32,453 nt of DNA from contig CBFCZR010000003.1 in the NCBI GenBank assembly GCA_965602795.1, positions 1 to 32,453 on the forward strand. Direction: 5' to 3'. Shown in pieces: positions 32,343-32,453 of the stretch. The stretch comes from Candidatus Bathyarchaeota archaeon. Lineage in GTDB: Archaea; Thermoproteota; Bathyarchaeia; Bathyarchaeales; Bathyarchaeaceae. The notes beneath the pieces were generated by a model. It was given only the letters and a program-made list of their open reading frames with translations, was not told the origin of the DNA and ran no database searches. Position 1 is the stretch's first letter. The number at the start of each line of letters is the position of its first letter. A program made the position numbers and the translations under genes.

Positions 32343-32453
32343 TCACTTCTTTTCTGCAACGTAGAGAACGTCTAAAACAACGGAGCCATTTAGTTTTGCT
32401 TTGAACATTCCAGCGTCTAAGGTTAGGTCCTGAAAGCTAAGCTTGATATCTGA
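32343..32453 (-). CDS. 3' end of a hypothetical protein, truncated by the window edge
   Basis: Open frame SDIKLSFQDLTLDAGMFKAKLNGSVVLDVLYVAEKK*, ending 21 bp before the next ORF. Confidence 0.55.
   Translation of the reverse strand, partial: SDIKLSFQDLTLDAGMFKAKLNGSVVLDVLYVAEKK

Overview
Archaeal chromosomal window with no rRNA, tRNA, CRISPR array or transposase detected. The Cdv/ESCRT division locus, archaeal r-proteins, TFB and C1-cofactor genes suggest a TACK archaeon, probably Bathyarchaeia (inference). In order it holds: a partial MBL-fold hydrolase; a truncated r-protein cluster rpl3-rpl4-rpl23-[DedA/VTT]-rpl2; a TFB; a HIT hydrolase divergent from an ATP-dependent ligase + PolX-PHP pair; a five-gene beta-oxidation operon; C1/Mo-cofactor genes (DUF2284, fdhD, RimK/MptN-like, CitG-like, MOT1 transporter, DUF1786, mobB); aspartokinase; a wHTH regulator; a flippase; an Mrr/RPB5-N-like protein; and an ESCRT-III-cdvA-cdvB-cdvC cluster. 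The most notable unexplained signals are: (1) a dispersed ~60-bp intergenic repeat ending in the palindrome CTATTAGGAGCCTAATAG (4 good copies, 2 degenerate); (2) intact cdvB and thiolase frames with no canonical start codon (ATC and ACG candidates); (3) a HIT/ligase/PolX arrangement reminiscent of eukaryotic single-strand-break repair; (4) a 10-codon ORF behind a perfect Shine-Dalgarno (SD); (5) a structured leader upstream of a CxxC-x17-CxxC gene. All family calls come from recognising motifs by eye; no database search was run.
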